DNA from: an uncultured bacterium
GTDB taxonomy: Bacteria; Actinomycetota; Acidimicrobiia; Spongiisociales; UBA5794
DNA: 64,000 bases
Assembly (NCBI GenBank): GCA_963801165.1
Contig: CAWDDT010000009.1
Coordinates: 128,001 to 192,000 of the forward strand
Reading direction: 5' to 3'
The notes under the pieces were generated by a model. The model had not been told where the DNA came from. It did no database searches and saw nothing but the letters and a program-made list of their open reading frames with translations. This document shows, in pieces, positions 41,233-50,155 of the stretch (position 1 is the stretch's first letter; each line of letters starts with the position of its first letter). A program made the translations under genes and the position numbers.

Positions 41233-42392
41233 AATCAGCCATACAACCGAGACGGTGGGGTCGGGTCTCTCGATACCTGACGGTGCTCATTGTCTTTTTG
41301 CTCGGTGTCGCCCCTGCCCTCACCGCATCGGCCCGGCTCGAGATCACACAGGACGACATCAAGGCGGCAGAGGCCCACCGTCGCGAGGTCGGTGCTCAGC
41401 TGGATGCCGCCACCAAGGACTACGACACCGCGGTGAACCGGCTATACGATCTCCAGGACACCCTCGCCTCGCTGGGGGCGTCGCTCTCCAATCTGGAGCG
41501 AGAGCTGGCCGTCGCCCGGGTTGCGGCCCAGGAGGTCGCCGCCCAGCGCTACATGTATGCGGATTCGGGGCAGTCGGCTCTTCTCGAGGCCGCCACCCTC
41601 GACGACGTCAGCCTGCGCTCCAGCTATCTCGATCGACTCAGTCGCCAGGGGAGCGATGTCATATTGCGGATGTACGGGCTTCAGGACAGCTTCGAGCAGC
41701 AGCAGAACGCCGTTGCCGACACGGCCAGCGAGCAGGAGGCGACCAACGCCGAGCTGGAGTCTCTGGCCGCAGGCATCATGAGCCAGCTCGACGATGCCAA
41801 CAAGGCATATGACGACATAGTTGCGGCATACAACAAGCAAGAGGAAGAGCGGCGCGCCCGGGAGGAAGCCGCGCGGAAGGCCAGGGAGGAGGAGGCCGCC
41901 CGGCAGGCGGCGGCCGCGGCGGCAACGACAACGACAACGACGACGACGTCTGCCCCGTCCTCAGACTCAACGCCACCCCCGCCTAGCGGGTCGCTGGTAT
42001 GTCCGGTCGACGGTGCTGTGAGCTTCACAGATACCTGGGGTGCGCCCCGTTCGGGAGGGCGCACCCACCAGGGTGTCGACATGCTCGCCTCGCGTGGCAC
42101 CCATGTCGTGGCTATCGAGAGCGGCAAGATCAAGAGACTCGGCAACGGTGGTCTCGGTGGCATCACCGTCTGGCTCACCGGTAAAAGCGGGGACCTGTAC
42201 TACTACGCCCATCTCGATGGTTGGGTCGATGGGTTGAAGGCGGGACAGTCGGTCACTGCCGGCGAGTTGATCGGCTATGTCGGCAACACAGGCAACGCCC
42301 GCTACACGGTGACCCACCTTCACTTCGAGTACCACCCCGGCGGCGGCCACGCCGTTAACCCCACGCCCCTCGTCGCCAGCCTCTGTCGCTGA
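41229..42392 (+). CDS. Coiled-coil M23 family peptidoglycan endopeptidase
   Basis: Signal peptide, coiled coil, Thr linker, HQGVD, YAH, HLHFE. Confidence 0.92.
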   Translation: MKSAIQPRRWGRVSRYLTVLIVFLLGVAPALTASARLEITQDDIKAAEAHRREVGAQLDAATKDYDTAVNRLYDLQDTLASLGASLSNLERELAVARVAAQEVAAQRYMYADSGQSALLEAATLDDVSLRSSYLDRLSRQGSDVILRMYGLQDSFEQQQNAVADTASEQEATNAELESLAAGIMSQLDDANKAYDDIVAAYNKQEEERRAREEAARKAREEEAARQAAAAAATTTTTTTTSAPSSDSTPPPPSGSLVCPVDGAVSFTDTWGAPRSGGRTHQGVDMLASRGTHVVAIESGKIKRLGNGGLGGITVWLTGKSGDLYYYAHLDGWVDGLKAGQSVTAGELIGYVGNTGNARYTVTHLHFEYHPGGGHAVNPTPLVASLCR

Positions 42393-42405
42393 ACTAGGGA
42401 TCGGG

Positions 42406-42768
42406 TCACTCCGGGGCGAGAGCGTCCCATCCGTCAGGCCGGCGTTTCTTCGTTAGCTTGGAGACAACCAGGAGATACGACTCGTCGACTGCCTCCCGGA
42501 TCTCTTTGGAGGGGATGGCACCGTCGGTCCGTAGCGTGTTCCACCCGGAGCGGCCGATGTACGCCATCACCGAGGCTTCATCCGGGTACCTCAGCAGCCA
42601 CTCGTCGGCTTCGTCACGGTCGGCACCGCATTTCACGCCCACCGACTTTTCGCCGACGAACGCAAAGATCTTCGCATCCACCTTGGCAACCGTCGTGTCC
42701 TCCCACGGCTCGTCCCGCCAGGCCCCGGGCTTGGCGAGGCAATAGGCGAGGAGGTCTTCGTAGGTCAC
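42406..42768 (-). CDS. MmcQ/YjbR family DNA-binding protein
   Basis: YCLAKPGA, KIFAF, VKC, YIGRSGWN, VDESY. Confidence 0.9.
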   Translation of the reverse strand: MTYEDLLAYCLAKPGAWRDEPWEDTTVAKVDAKIFAFVGEKSVGVKCGADRDEADEWLLRYPDEASVMAYIGRSGWNTLRTDGAIPSKEIREAVDESYLLVVSKLTKKRRPDGWDALAPE

Positions 42769-42804
42769 GACGACGAACCTACTCGCCGGAGCCGGAACGG
42801 TGTA

Positions 42805-43176
42805 TCAGATGAAGTGGCCGATGATCTGGAAGAGAACAACGATCGCAATCACCGTCCAGAATCCGACGACGTAGGTCGCATACCCCTTTGCCACCTTGGT
42901 GACGACTCGAATCGGTGTTGAGGGGCTCTCGGAGAATGGGCTGGGGACCCGAACGAGAACTCGGCTCCGGAAGGACTTTGCGACCAGGATCGCGGCGACC
43001 ATGGTGAATCCGAACCCGACCGCGAACACCAAAAAGCTGAGCGGATGGGGATCCGTCACTATCGCTTCCACGAGAAACAGGAGTGCGATCGGCAGAGCGA
43101 GCCAGCGTCGCCGCCGGAACTCGTTGTCTGTGTCGCGCCGATGACCGTCGTCTGGATCACGAAATGTTCCGTTCAT
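42805..43176 (-). CDS. Hypothetical membrane protein
   Basis: Three TMs; paralog of the C-terminal half of 43246-44097. Confidence 0.65.
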   Translation of the reverse strand: MNGTFRDPDDGHRRDTDNEFRRRRWLALPIALLFLVEAIVTDPHPLSFLVFAVGFGFTMVAAILVAKSFRSRVLVRVPSPFSESPSTPIRVVTKVAKGYATYVVGFWTVIAIVVLFQIIGHFI

Positions 43177-43185
43177 CTCCACCAC

Positions 43186-44222
43186 CGTATCACGACGCCA
43201 TGCCGGCAATTACGGGCGATCGGTCTTCCAGGGTCGGTTGCCAGATCAGAGATGCTCGATGAGAAACGTGGGTACGTCGAGAGCCGCGATCAGCGCCAAC
43301 AATCCAACGGCGTAGATGGCAAGGCCCTTCGCCACCATCGTGAGAACCCGAATCGGCTTCGACTGGCTTTCGGTGAAGCGAGTAGGGATACGAGTGAGGA
43401 CCCGCCGTCTGAGGTACATCACGGCAAAGACAACGGTCAGCACGGTGGCCGCAAGCCAGAGAGAACCTCCCAGGAAGGCCAGCGGCTGGTCGGTGGAAAG
43501 CAGAGCCACAGCTATCCAGATCGTTATATCCGCCGCCACGGCGAACACCAGGCGCATGCGATCTTGACGCTCACGATCGGATCTCGAGTCCTGCAATGGG
43601 TGCGTGCTTGGCATCTCATCACGACGCTTCGTTGCCAACTCGTGGCTACCGTCGTCCCCGCGGGCCAATGCAGCGCGGTGCATGATCTCGTTGGCCAGAG
43701 GTCGTTGCCAACCGGGATCGTGGAAGGGCATCAGAGATGCTCTGCCCGAATGGACGCCGACTTTCGAACCGTCGGTGAGGTACAGCTCCAGGAATCTAGA
43801 GCCGGCACGCCGGCCGGTGAACCGGGCGCTCGCTATCGACTCGTATCGGATCTGTTTCGTCGACAGAACCCGATACATAGACAGCTGAGATTCCCCGAGT
43901 ACGACCCGTTGTCTCAGGTTGAGTTGGATCCCGCCGGCAAGAAGGAGTATCCCCAGCACAGACCACGCGGCTGTGTTCTCTCTCCCCGGCATCAAGTCGA
44001 CGGTGCTCGTGACGATCCACAACGCACCGGCGAGCACGCCCACGCTCAGAATCGCACCGTTCCGGTACACCACGTCCGAACCTCGCACGTACTTCATGGA
44101 GCAACAACCAGAAGCCGGGGATCCCGCCGTGGATAATCAGATCTCATATCACCCAATGGTTGCGTCCTTCCCCTCGGATGCCTCGTTGGGGACGCCTCCT
44201 GTCGTTCATCGTATCACGACGC
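43186..44222. repeat. Dispersed repeat (CGT)ATCACGACGC, three copies
   Basis: 13-mer at 43186 and 44210; 10-mer at 43618. Confidence 0.65.
43246..44097 (-). CDS. Hypothetical membrane protein (PH-like N-half plus duplicated membrane module)
   Basis: Two TMs plus KQIRYESIASA PH-like segment; C-half similar to 42805-43176. Confidence 0.6.
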   Translation of the reverse strand: MKYVRGSDVVYRNGAILSVGVLAGALWIVTSTVDLMPGRENTAAWSVLGILLLAGGIQLNLRQRVVLGESQLSMYRVLSTKQIRYESIASARFTGRRAGSRFLELYLTDGSKVGVHSGRASLMPFHDPGWQRPLANEIMHRAALARGDDGSHELATKRRDEMPSTHPLQDSRSDRERQDRMRLVFAVAADITIWIAVALLSTDQPLAFLGGSLWLAATVLTVVFAVMYLRRRVLTRIPTRFTESQSKPIRVLTMVAKGLAIYAVGLLALIAALDVPTFLIEHL

Positions 44223-44291
44223 TCTGTCGGCACCAGCTGGCGTTTGGCCCTCTCCAAGCGTCTTGCACTCATGTGAACAATCCTTTACTCT

Positions 44292-44311
44292 GTGTAAAGA
44301 ATCTTTTACAC
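44292..44311. promoter_or_regulatory. Palindromic operator upstream of XRE operon
   Basis: GTGTAAAG-AATC-TTTTACAC just before SD AGGAG. Confidence 0.7.
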
Positions 44312-44323
44312 CAGGAGACCATC

Positions 44324-44821
44324 GTGCATTCTGAGGAAGTCCGTCTGCCCGACGACGACGAGCCCGTATCAATGGCAAAGGCGGAGCGAATCGCTTGGGC
44401 CTACCTGACGGCAGTGGTGATCATCTCCGGTGTCTACTTCATCGTCGTGATCTCCCGTGCCGTGTCGCAACCGATCGATCAAGTGTCGTGGGTGGCTCCG
44501 ATGCTGTTGGCGATCGGGCTGGGCGTGCTGGGCACGATTGTGGGTGCGATCATCGGAAGCGTGGTCGGTGGCATCGGGATCAAGCTCCGTGGAGGAGACG
44601 CGGCAGTCGAGTTCGCCTCCGACGCCCGTGATGAGGAGATCAGACGGGTCGGCGACCGCGCCTCGATGGGTGTTACCGCCGCCGGTTTCGGGGGGGCGCT
44701 CATCCTGGCGATGCTCGGTGCCGACACATTCTGGATCGGCAACGCGCTCTACCTGGCCGGTGCCGTCGGTGCGGTGGCAGAAACCGTCACCAAGATCCGG
44801 TTCTACCGGCGCGGCTTCTGA
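44324..44821 (+). CDS. Hypothetical membrane protein
   Basis: Four TMs, DARDEEIRR.G motif, YRRG end, typical partner of XRE regulators. Confidence 0.75.
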   Translation: MHSEEVRLPDDDEPVSMAKAERIAWAYLTAVVIISGVYFIVVISRAVSQPIDQVSWVAPMLLAIGLGVLGTIVGAIIGSVVGGIGIKLRGGDAAVEFASDARDEEIRRVGDRASMGVTAAGFGGALILAMLGADTFWIGNALYLAGAVGAVAETVTKIRFYRRGF

Positions 44822-45060
44822 TGACACCCAAGCCAACCCGCGTGACGAACCAGATCCGTGTCCTCCGATTCGAGGCCGGGGAGATGACCCAGGCCGAGCT
44901 CGCCAGACGGATCGGGGTCACTCGACAGACGATCATCGCCATCGAGCGCGGACGCTACTCCCCGTCGCTCGAAATGGCGTTCCAGATAGCCAACGTCTTC
45001 GAACGGCCGCTCGATGACGTTTTTCGCTACGACGACGGCCCAAACCGAGAGGAGCAATGA
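44821..45060 (+). CDS. XRE family HTH regulator
   Basis: MTQAELARRIGVTRQTIIAIERGRYSPSL. Confidence 0.93.
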   Translation: MTPKPTRVTNQIRVLRFEAGEMTQAELARRIGVTRQTIIAIERGRYSPSLEMAFQIANVFERPLDDVFRYDDGPNREEQ

Positions 45061-45737
45061 TGGACGAGATGAATCGCGCCGCTCGTCTGACCGGCCTCGC
45101 CTACCTGGGAATAGCCGTTTCCGCTTTCGTGGGCACACTGTGGATCCGCCCGCAGCTGTATGCGGCAGGCGACGCCGTAGCCACCGCGGCCAACCTCGTC
45201 GCTCACGAGGGACTTGCTCGGGTGGGGATCGCCGCCGATATCACCATGGTCCTCACCCAATGCCTGGCTGCGCTCTACTTCTTCAAGCTGTTTCGTGGGG
45301 TGAGCCTTTTTGCGGCCGGATCGCTGGCTGCATTTGCGTTCATGAACGGGGTCGTCGGTCTTGTCTCGGTCACGTTCTCAGCGGCCGCGCTGACGGAGGC
45401 GCTCGGCGGAGCAGCCTCCGCACCGGCCAACACGCTGGTGCTGTACCGTCTCACCGATGCCGTCTGGGACGCCGGCCAGGTCTTCTTCGGTCTGTGGCTG
45501 ATCCCGATGGGCTGGCTCGTCTTGCGTTCGGGGTTTGCATCACGTGTCCTCGGCTGGCTCCTCATCGTTGGCGGTGTCGGCTACATCATCAGTACCTATC
45601 TCGACTTCCTCTTTGCGGTCGGCGACACCGTTGCTACCGCGCTCATCGTCCCGGCCACGATCGGCGAGTTCTGGATGATCGGCCACCTGCTGAGCAAAGG
45701 GGTGCGCTCGCGCTCAGCCCGGGTGGCCGTTGACTGA
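45057..45737 (+). CDS. DUF4386 family membrane protein
   Basis: ARLTGLAYL, FFGLWLIPMG, GEFW..LL.KG. Confidence 0.8.
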   Translation: MMDEMNRAARLTGLAYLGIAVSAFVGTLWIRPQLYAAGDAVATAANLVAHEGLARVGIAADITMVLTQCLAALYFFKLFRGVSLFAAGSLAAFAFMNGVVGLVSVTFSAAALTEALGGAASAPANTLVLYRLTDAVWDAGQVFFGLWLIPMGWLVLRSGFASRVLGWLLIVGGVGYIISTYLDFLFAVGDTVATALIVPATIGEFWMIGHLLSKGVRSRSARVAVD

Positions 45738-45742
45738 AGCGG

Positions 45743-46882
45743 TCAGCCGAGTTGGGCAAGCTGCTCGGCGACCAGGTTGAGCCGGGCCGAGCAGCTGTCG
45801 TCGCGGATCGGGGGGAGAAGCTCCGACAGCGATTTGGCGGCAGCCAGAATGGCGACCGCCGACGGCGAATCCGGCTCAGCGGCGACGACCGGATTGCCGG
45901 TGTCCCCACCCTCGGCGACGCGGGGGTCGATCGGCACCCTCGCCAGCAGTTCGACCCCGAGATCGTCGGCAAGTGCCTGGCCGCCACCGGTGCCGAACAA
46001 TGCGTAGTGCTCACCGTCGGGTGTAGTGAATCCGGACATGTTCTCGATGACGCCGATGACAGGCATGTGGGAGCGGCGCGCCATGTCGGCCACCCGGGCG
46101 GCGACCTTCTGTGCGGCCAGCTGTGGTGTGGTCACGACGACCATCTCTGCCTGGGGCAGCAACCGGGCCAGTGCCATCTGTACATCGCCGGTGCCCGGCG
46201 GCATGTCGAGCAGGAGATAGTCGAGGCTCTGGTCCCAGCTGACGTCCCGCAAGAACTGCTCGAGCGCCTTGGACAACATCAGCCCTCGCCACATCAGGGC
46301 AGTGTCCTCGTCGTCGAGCAACAGACCCGTCGAGATCACATGAATACCGTGAGCAACCAGCGGGACGATCTTGCGGTCGTCGCCCGCCATGAGCCGTTGC
46401 CCGGTGAGCCCGAGGATGCGGGGGATGGAGAAGCCCCAGATGTCGGCGTCGAGAAGCCCGACCTGATGACCCTGCGCCCTGAGGGCAAGAGCCAGGTTGG
46501 CGCTCAGCGACGACTTGCCGACGCCGCCTTTCCCGCTCGAAATGGCGACCACCCTCGTGTTGGGGTGAACCATGGTCGGCTCAGCCTGATCCCTGGCTCT
46601 TCTCCGTGCCCGATCCATGAGCCCGGAGCGTTCCTCCTGGGTCATGGCCCCGATTTCGATCGTGACGTCCTCGACACCGGGCACCGTCTTCAACTTGCGG
46701 ACGGCTTCGTTCTCGATCTGGTCGCGCAACGGGCAGGCGGCGATCGTCAGCGCCACCCGCACCGTGACGTGGCCGCCGTCGATCCTTACATCTTTGACCA
46801 TGCCGAGATCGACGATGTCCGCGCCCAATTCCGGGTCGATGACCCGCTGTAGGGCTGTATAGATCTCCGTCATCTGAACCAT
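45743..46882 (-). CDS. mrp: Mrp/NBP35 (ApbC) Fe-S carrier ATPase
   Basis: VIDPELG, CPL, SGKGGVGKS, DMPPGTGD, ENMS. Confidence 0.93.
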   Translation of the reverse strand: MVQMTEIYTALQRVIDPELGADIVDLGMVKDVRIDGGHVTVRVALTIAACPLRDQIENEAVRKLKTVPGVEDVTIEIGAMTQEERSGLMDRARRRARDQAEPTMVHPNTRVVAISSGKGGVGKSSLSANLALALRAQGHQVGLLDADIWGFSIPRILGLTGQRLMAGDDRKIVPLVAHGIHVISTGLLLDDEDTALMWRGLMLSKALEQFLRDVSWDQSLDYLLLDMPPGTGDVQMALARLLPQAEMVVVTTPQLAAQKVAARVADMARRSHMPVIGVIENMSGFTTPDGEHYALFGTGGGQALADDLGVELLARVPIDPRVAEGGDTGNPVVAAEPDSPSAVAILAAAKSLSELLPPIRDDSCSARLNLVAEQLAQLG

Positions 46883-46981
46883 GGTCAGAAGCGTAGACTG
46901 CCGGCGACGGCCTAAATGACCTATCGTCATAGTGGTAACTAGGTAATAGAATCCGTCCGGGCAGCAACATGTGGAGACAAC

Positions 46982-47338
46982 ATGATCACAAACGATGAGA
47001 CGACCACCCTCCAGGGCGTGACCCTGAGTAGCAACGCCGCCGCCAAGGTCCGTGAACTCATCCAGGCGGAGGGTGACGAAGCGCTCTCGCTGCGTCTCGC
47101 CGTTCGCCCCGGTGGTTGCTCCGGTTTCACCTACGACATGTACTTCGACGCCGCCATCGATGACACCGACATAGTCAACGAGACCGACGGCGTACGTGTG
47201 GTAGTCGACTCGGAGAGCGCCGCAATGGTTGGCGGTGCGACCATCGATTTCCGCGACGGCGGTCTCCAGGGCGCGGGCTTTGCCATCAACAACCCGAATG
47301 AGCAGCGTTCCTGCGGCTGCGGCCAGTCGTTCTGCTGA
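46982..47338 (+). CDS. HesB/IscA/ErpA A-type Fe-S carrier
   Basis: GGCSG, NPN...CGCGQSF. Confidence 0.93.
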   Translation: MITNDETTTLQGVTLSSNAAAKVRELIQAEGDEALSLRLAVRPGGCSGFTYDMYFDAAIDDTDIVNETDGVRVVVDSESAAMVGGATIDFRDGGLQGAGFAINNPNEQRSCGCGQSFC

Positions 47339-47393
47339 TCGAGCTGCGACTGATCGATAGCTGACGACCGGAGCGCCGCATTAGCCTGACGCC

Positions 47394-48131
47394 ATGACAA
47401 CACGTGGTGGCGGCTGTCTCAGGTTGATCCTCGGTCTGATCCTGATTCCTGTCCTCCTCGGAGGGCTTGCCTGGTTTCTCGCCGACCTCGATCGGGTACT
47501 CTCCCACGAGAAGGTCGAGGCTGTCGTCGTCGATCTCATTCCCAGCGTCGACTCGGACGGTGAGACCGTCTACGCGCCGGTCTACGAGTACGAGGTCGAC
47601 GGCAGCACGTACCGCTACCAGTCGTCAGTCAGCCTCGGTGGCGTGGTCGTTCCCGACATCGGTGACCCAAAGACGCTGCTGTACAACCCGAACGATCCGG
47701 CGGACGCCAGGGTCGACAATGTCTTCCTGCTGCTCTGGCTCCCCGGCATCATGGTTGTCCTCTCAGCGCTCGTTCTGTTTCTCCTGATATCCAGGTGGGT
47801 GCGACGGTCCTGGCGTGCTCGGGAAACGGAATGGCCCCAGCCGGGGCAAGCTTCGTCGCCACCCTGGTCCGCACCGCAGCAGCCTGCTGCAACCGGGAGG
47901 GAGACGATCACGGCCACCTTCATGGGCGTGGAAGCGTCACCGATGGACGAAGAGGGCCGGGTGCGGTACCGGGTGCGGGCTCGCACGGAAGTCGACGGTG
48001 AGTACCGTCGCTACGAGAGCAACTGGCTCGACGAGGATCCGACGCTAGGTCTGATGAAGCATGGCAACCAGGTGGAGGTACGCGTCGATCCCGACAATCC
48101 GACCGACTACGAGGTCATCATTCCTGAGTAG
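47394..48131 (+). CDS. DUF3592 domain membrane protein
   Basis: YAPVYEYEVDG, LLYNPNDPADA; second similar domain ending VRVDPDNP.DY. Confidence 0.75.
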   Translation: MTTRGGGCLRLILGLILIPVLLGGLAWFLADLDRVLSHEKVEAVVVDLIPSVDSDGETVYAPVYEYEVDGSTYRYQSSVSLGGVVVPDIGDPKTLLYNPNDPADARVDNVFLLLWLPGIMVVLSALVLFLLISRWVRRSWRARETEWPQPGQASSPPWSAPQQPAATGRETITATFMGVEASPMDEEGRVRYRVRARTEVDGEYRRYESNWLDEDPTLGLMKHGNQVEVRVDPDNPTDYEVIIPE

Positions 48132-48159
48132 CCTGGCTTGCAACCTAGTGGAGGTCGCC

Positions 48160-48540
48160 ATGCCCAAGAAGATACTCGACGCACCAAGTGGCCCGAACCC
48201 GGTCGGTCCCTATTCGGTCGTCACCGAGGCCAACGGATTCGTCTTCGTATCTGGTCAAGGGGCTCTGGACCCGGCTACCAACACGCTTGTGACGGGCGGA
48301 GTCGAAGCCGAGACGGATCAAACCATGAAGAACATCGGTGCCATCCTCGGCGACGTGGGGCTTGGTTATGAGGACATCGTCAAAACCACCATATTCCTCG
48401 CCGACATGGGTGACTTCCCCAAGGTGAATGAGATCTACGGTCGCTACGTCGGCGACTCCAGACCGGCTCGCTCCACGGTGCAGGTGGCGGCTCTACCGCT
48501 CGGTATTCAGGTAGAGATCGAGGTCATCGCCGCCAGGTAG
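48160..48540 (+). CDS. RidA family enamine/imine deaminase
   Basis: GPYS, VSGQ, PARSTVQVAALP..VEIE. Confidence 0.92.
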   Translation: MPKKILDAPSGPNPVGPYSVVTEANGFVFVSGQGALDPATNTLVTGGVEAETDQTMKNIGAILGDVGLGYEDIVKTTIFLADMGDFPKVNEIYGRYVGDSRPARSTVQVAALPLGIQVEIEVIAAR

Positions 48541-48616
48541 CGCCGGTAGCGAGGAGGATCACCGCACACACTGCTACTAGCGTTCGAGGCACAGATTCCT
48601 CGAGGAGGTCCCTACC

Positions 48617-50132
48617 GTGAACCGCGATCAGATTCTGAGTTCGCTTGGACTGGTGGATGTCAATCCCGGTGCGTACGCCGCCGGATGGTTGGATACCGGT
48701 GGAGAGCCGCTTACCAGCTTCGACCCGACGACGGGTGAGCCAATCGCCTCGATCAACCAGGCGACGGTCGCCGACTACGAGAGCGTCGTGGCCAACTCGA
48801 TCGCGGTTTTCCGGGAATGGCGCATGATCCCCGCCCCCGAGCGCGGCCAGTACGTCCGCCGTCTCGCCAACGCTCTCCGCGAGTACAAGGAGCCGCTTGG
48901 AGCGCTCGTCTCGTACGAAATGGGGAAGATCAAGGCGGAGGGCGAGGGCGAGGTCCAGGAGATGATCGACATCGCCGACTTCGCCGTCGGTTTGTCGCGT
49001 CAGCTCTACGGCCTGACGATGACCTCGGAGCGGCCCCGCCATCGGATGTACGAGCAGTGGCATCCGCTCGGGCCGGTAGGGCTGATCACCTCGTTCAATT
49101 TTCCCGTCGCCGTGTGGAGCTGGAACGCGTCTGATTGCAGCGGTCTGTGGCGACACCGTCGTCTGGAAGCCGTCGAGCTCGACACCGCTCACCGCGGTTG
49201 CCGTCACCAACATCGCACGAGAGGTCATGGCGGGTTCCGGGTTCGAGGGTGTCTTCAGCCTCGTCATCGGGTCTGGGAGCAGCGTCGGTGACACGATGAT
49301 CAACGACCGCAGGGTGCCGTTGATCTCCGCGACCGGTTCGTGTGGGATGGGGGAGAAGGTCGGCACAGCTGTCGCCAAGCGGCTGGGCCGGTCGCTGCTC
49401 GAGCTCGGTGGCAACAATGCCATCGTCGTCATGGACGATGCCGACGTCGACCTGGTCACCAGAGGCGCACTCTTTGCTGCTGTGGGCACTGCAGGCCAGC
49501 GGTGCACGTCGTTGCGACGTCTGATCATGCAGCGCGGAATCTCAGATCAGGTGAGCAAACGTCTTGTCGAGGCGTATGCCAGAGTGCCGGTCGGTGATCC
49601 ACTAGAGGACGGTGTGCTGATGGGCCCGCTGATCAATCCGAAGGCAGTTGACACCTTCGCCGCCGCTGTCGGGATCGCCCGGGAGCAGGGCGGCGAGGTT
49701 CTCTACGGCGGCAATGTCCTCGACAGGGACGGCCACTTCGTCGAGCCGACCCTCATCAAGATGCCGGCGGGTGCTCCGATCCTCGAGGTGGAGACCTTCG
49801 CCCCGATCCTCTACATCATCGAATTCGACGATCTGAGCGAGGCGATCGCCATCCAAAACGGCGTCCAACAGGGGCTCTCGTCGGCGATCTTCACCGACTC
49901 TGTGAAGTCCGCAGAGCGGTTTCTCTCCCACGAGGGGTCGGACTGTGGCATCGCCAACGTCAACATCGGTACCTCGGGCGCCGAGATCGGTGGTGCTTTT
50001 GGTGGCGAGAAGGAGACCGGCGGTGGGCGGGAGTCCGGTTCGGACGCCTGGAAGGCGTACATGCGACGCCAGACGGTCACCATCAACTGGAGCGACGAGC
50101 TGCCGCTGGCCCAGGGGATCGAGTTCGGGTAG
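48617..50132 (+). pseudogene. Aldehyde dehydrogenase (ALDH7/Pcd-like), +1 frameshift near 49130
   Basis: FNFPVAVWSWNA[t]LIAAVCGDTVVWKPS, then LELGGN, AGQRC, ETFAP, GRESG in the second frame. Confidence 0.85.
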
Positions 50133-50155
50133 CCGCGTGCTATCACCCCTCCGAC

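Noticed and set aside
41923-41950. ACA/ACG trinucleotide runs (also 3017-3060 and 59250-59370)
   Set aside because: They encode ordinary Thr-rich linkers of exported proteins
42805-44260. Integron cassette array or CRISPR
   Set aside because: No attC-type RYYYAAC/GTTRRRY palindromes, no integrase or cas genes, and the repeats are short and irregularly spaced
47320-47365. Possible selenocysteine read-through at the TGA of the HesB-like gene
   Set aside because: All three conserved Cys precede the stop, another TGA follows within five codons, and there is no convincing SECIS
49120-49140. Programmed frameshift in the ALDH
   Set aside because: No slippery sequence or stimulatory structure
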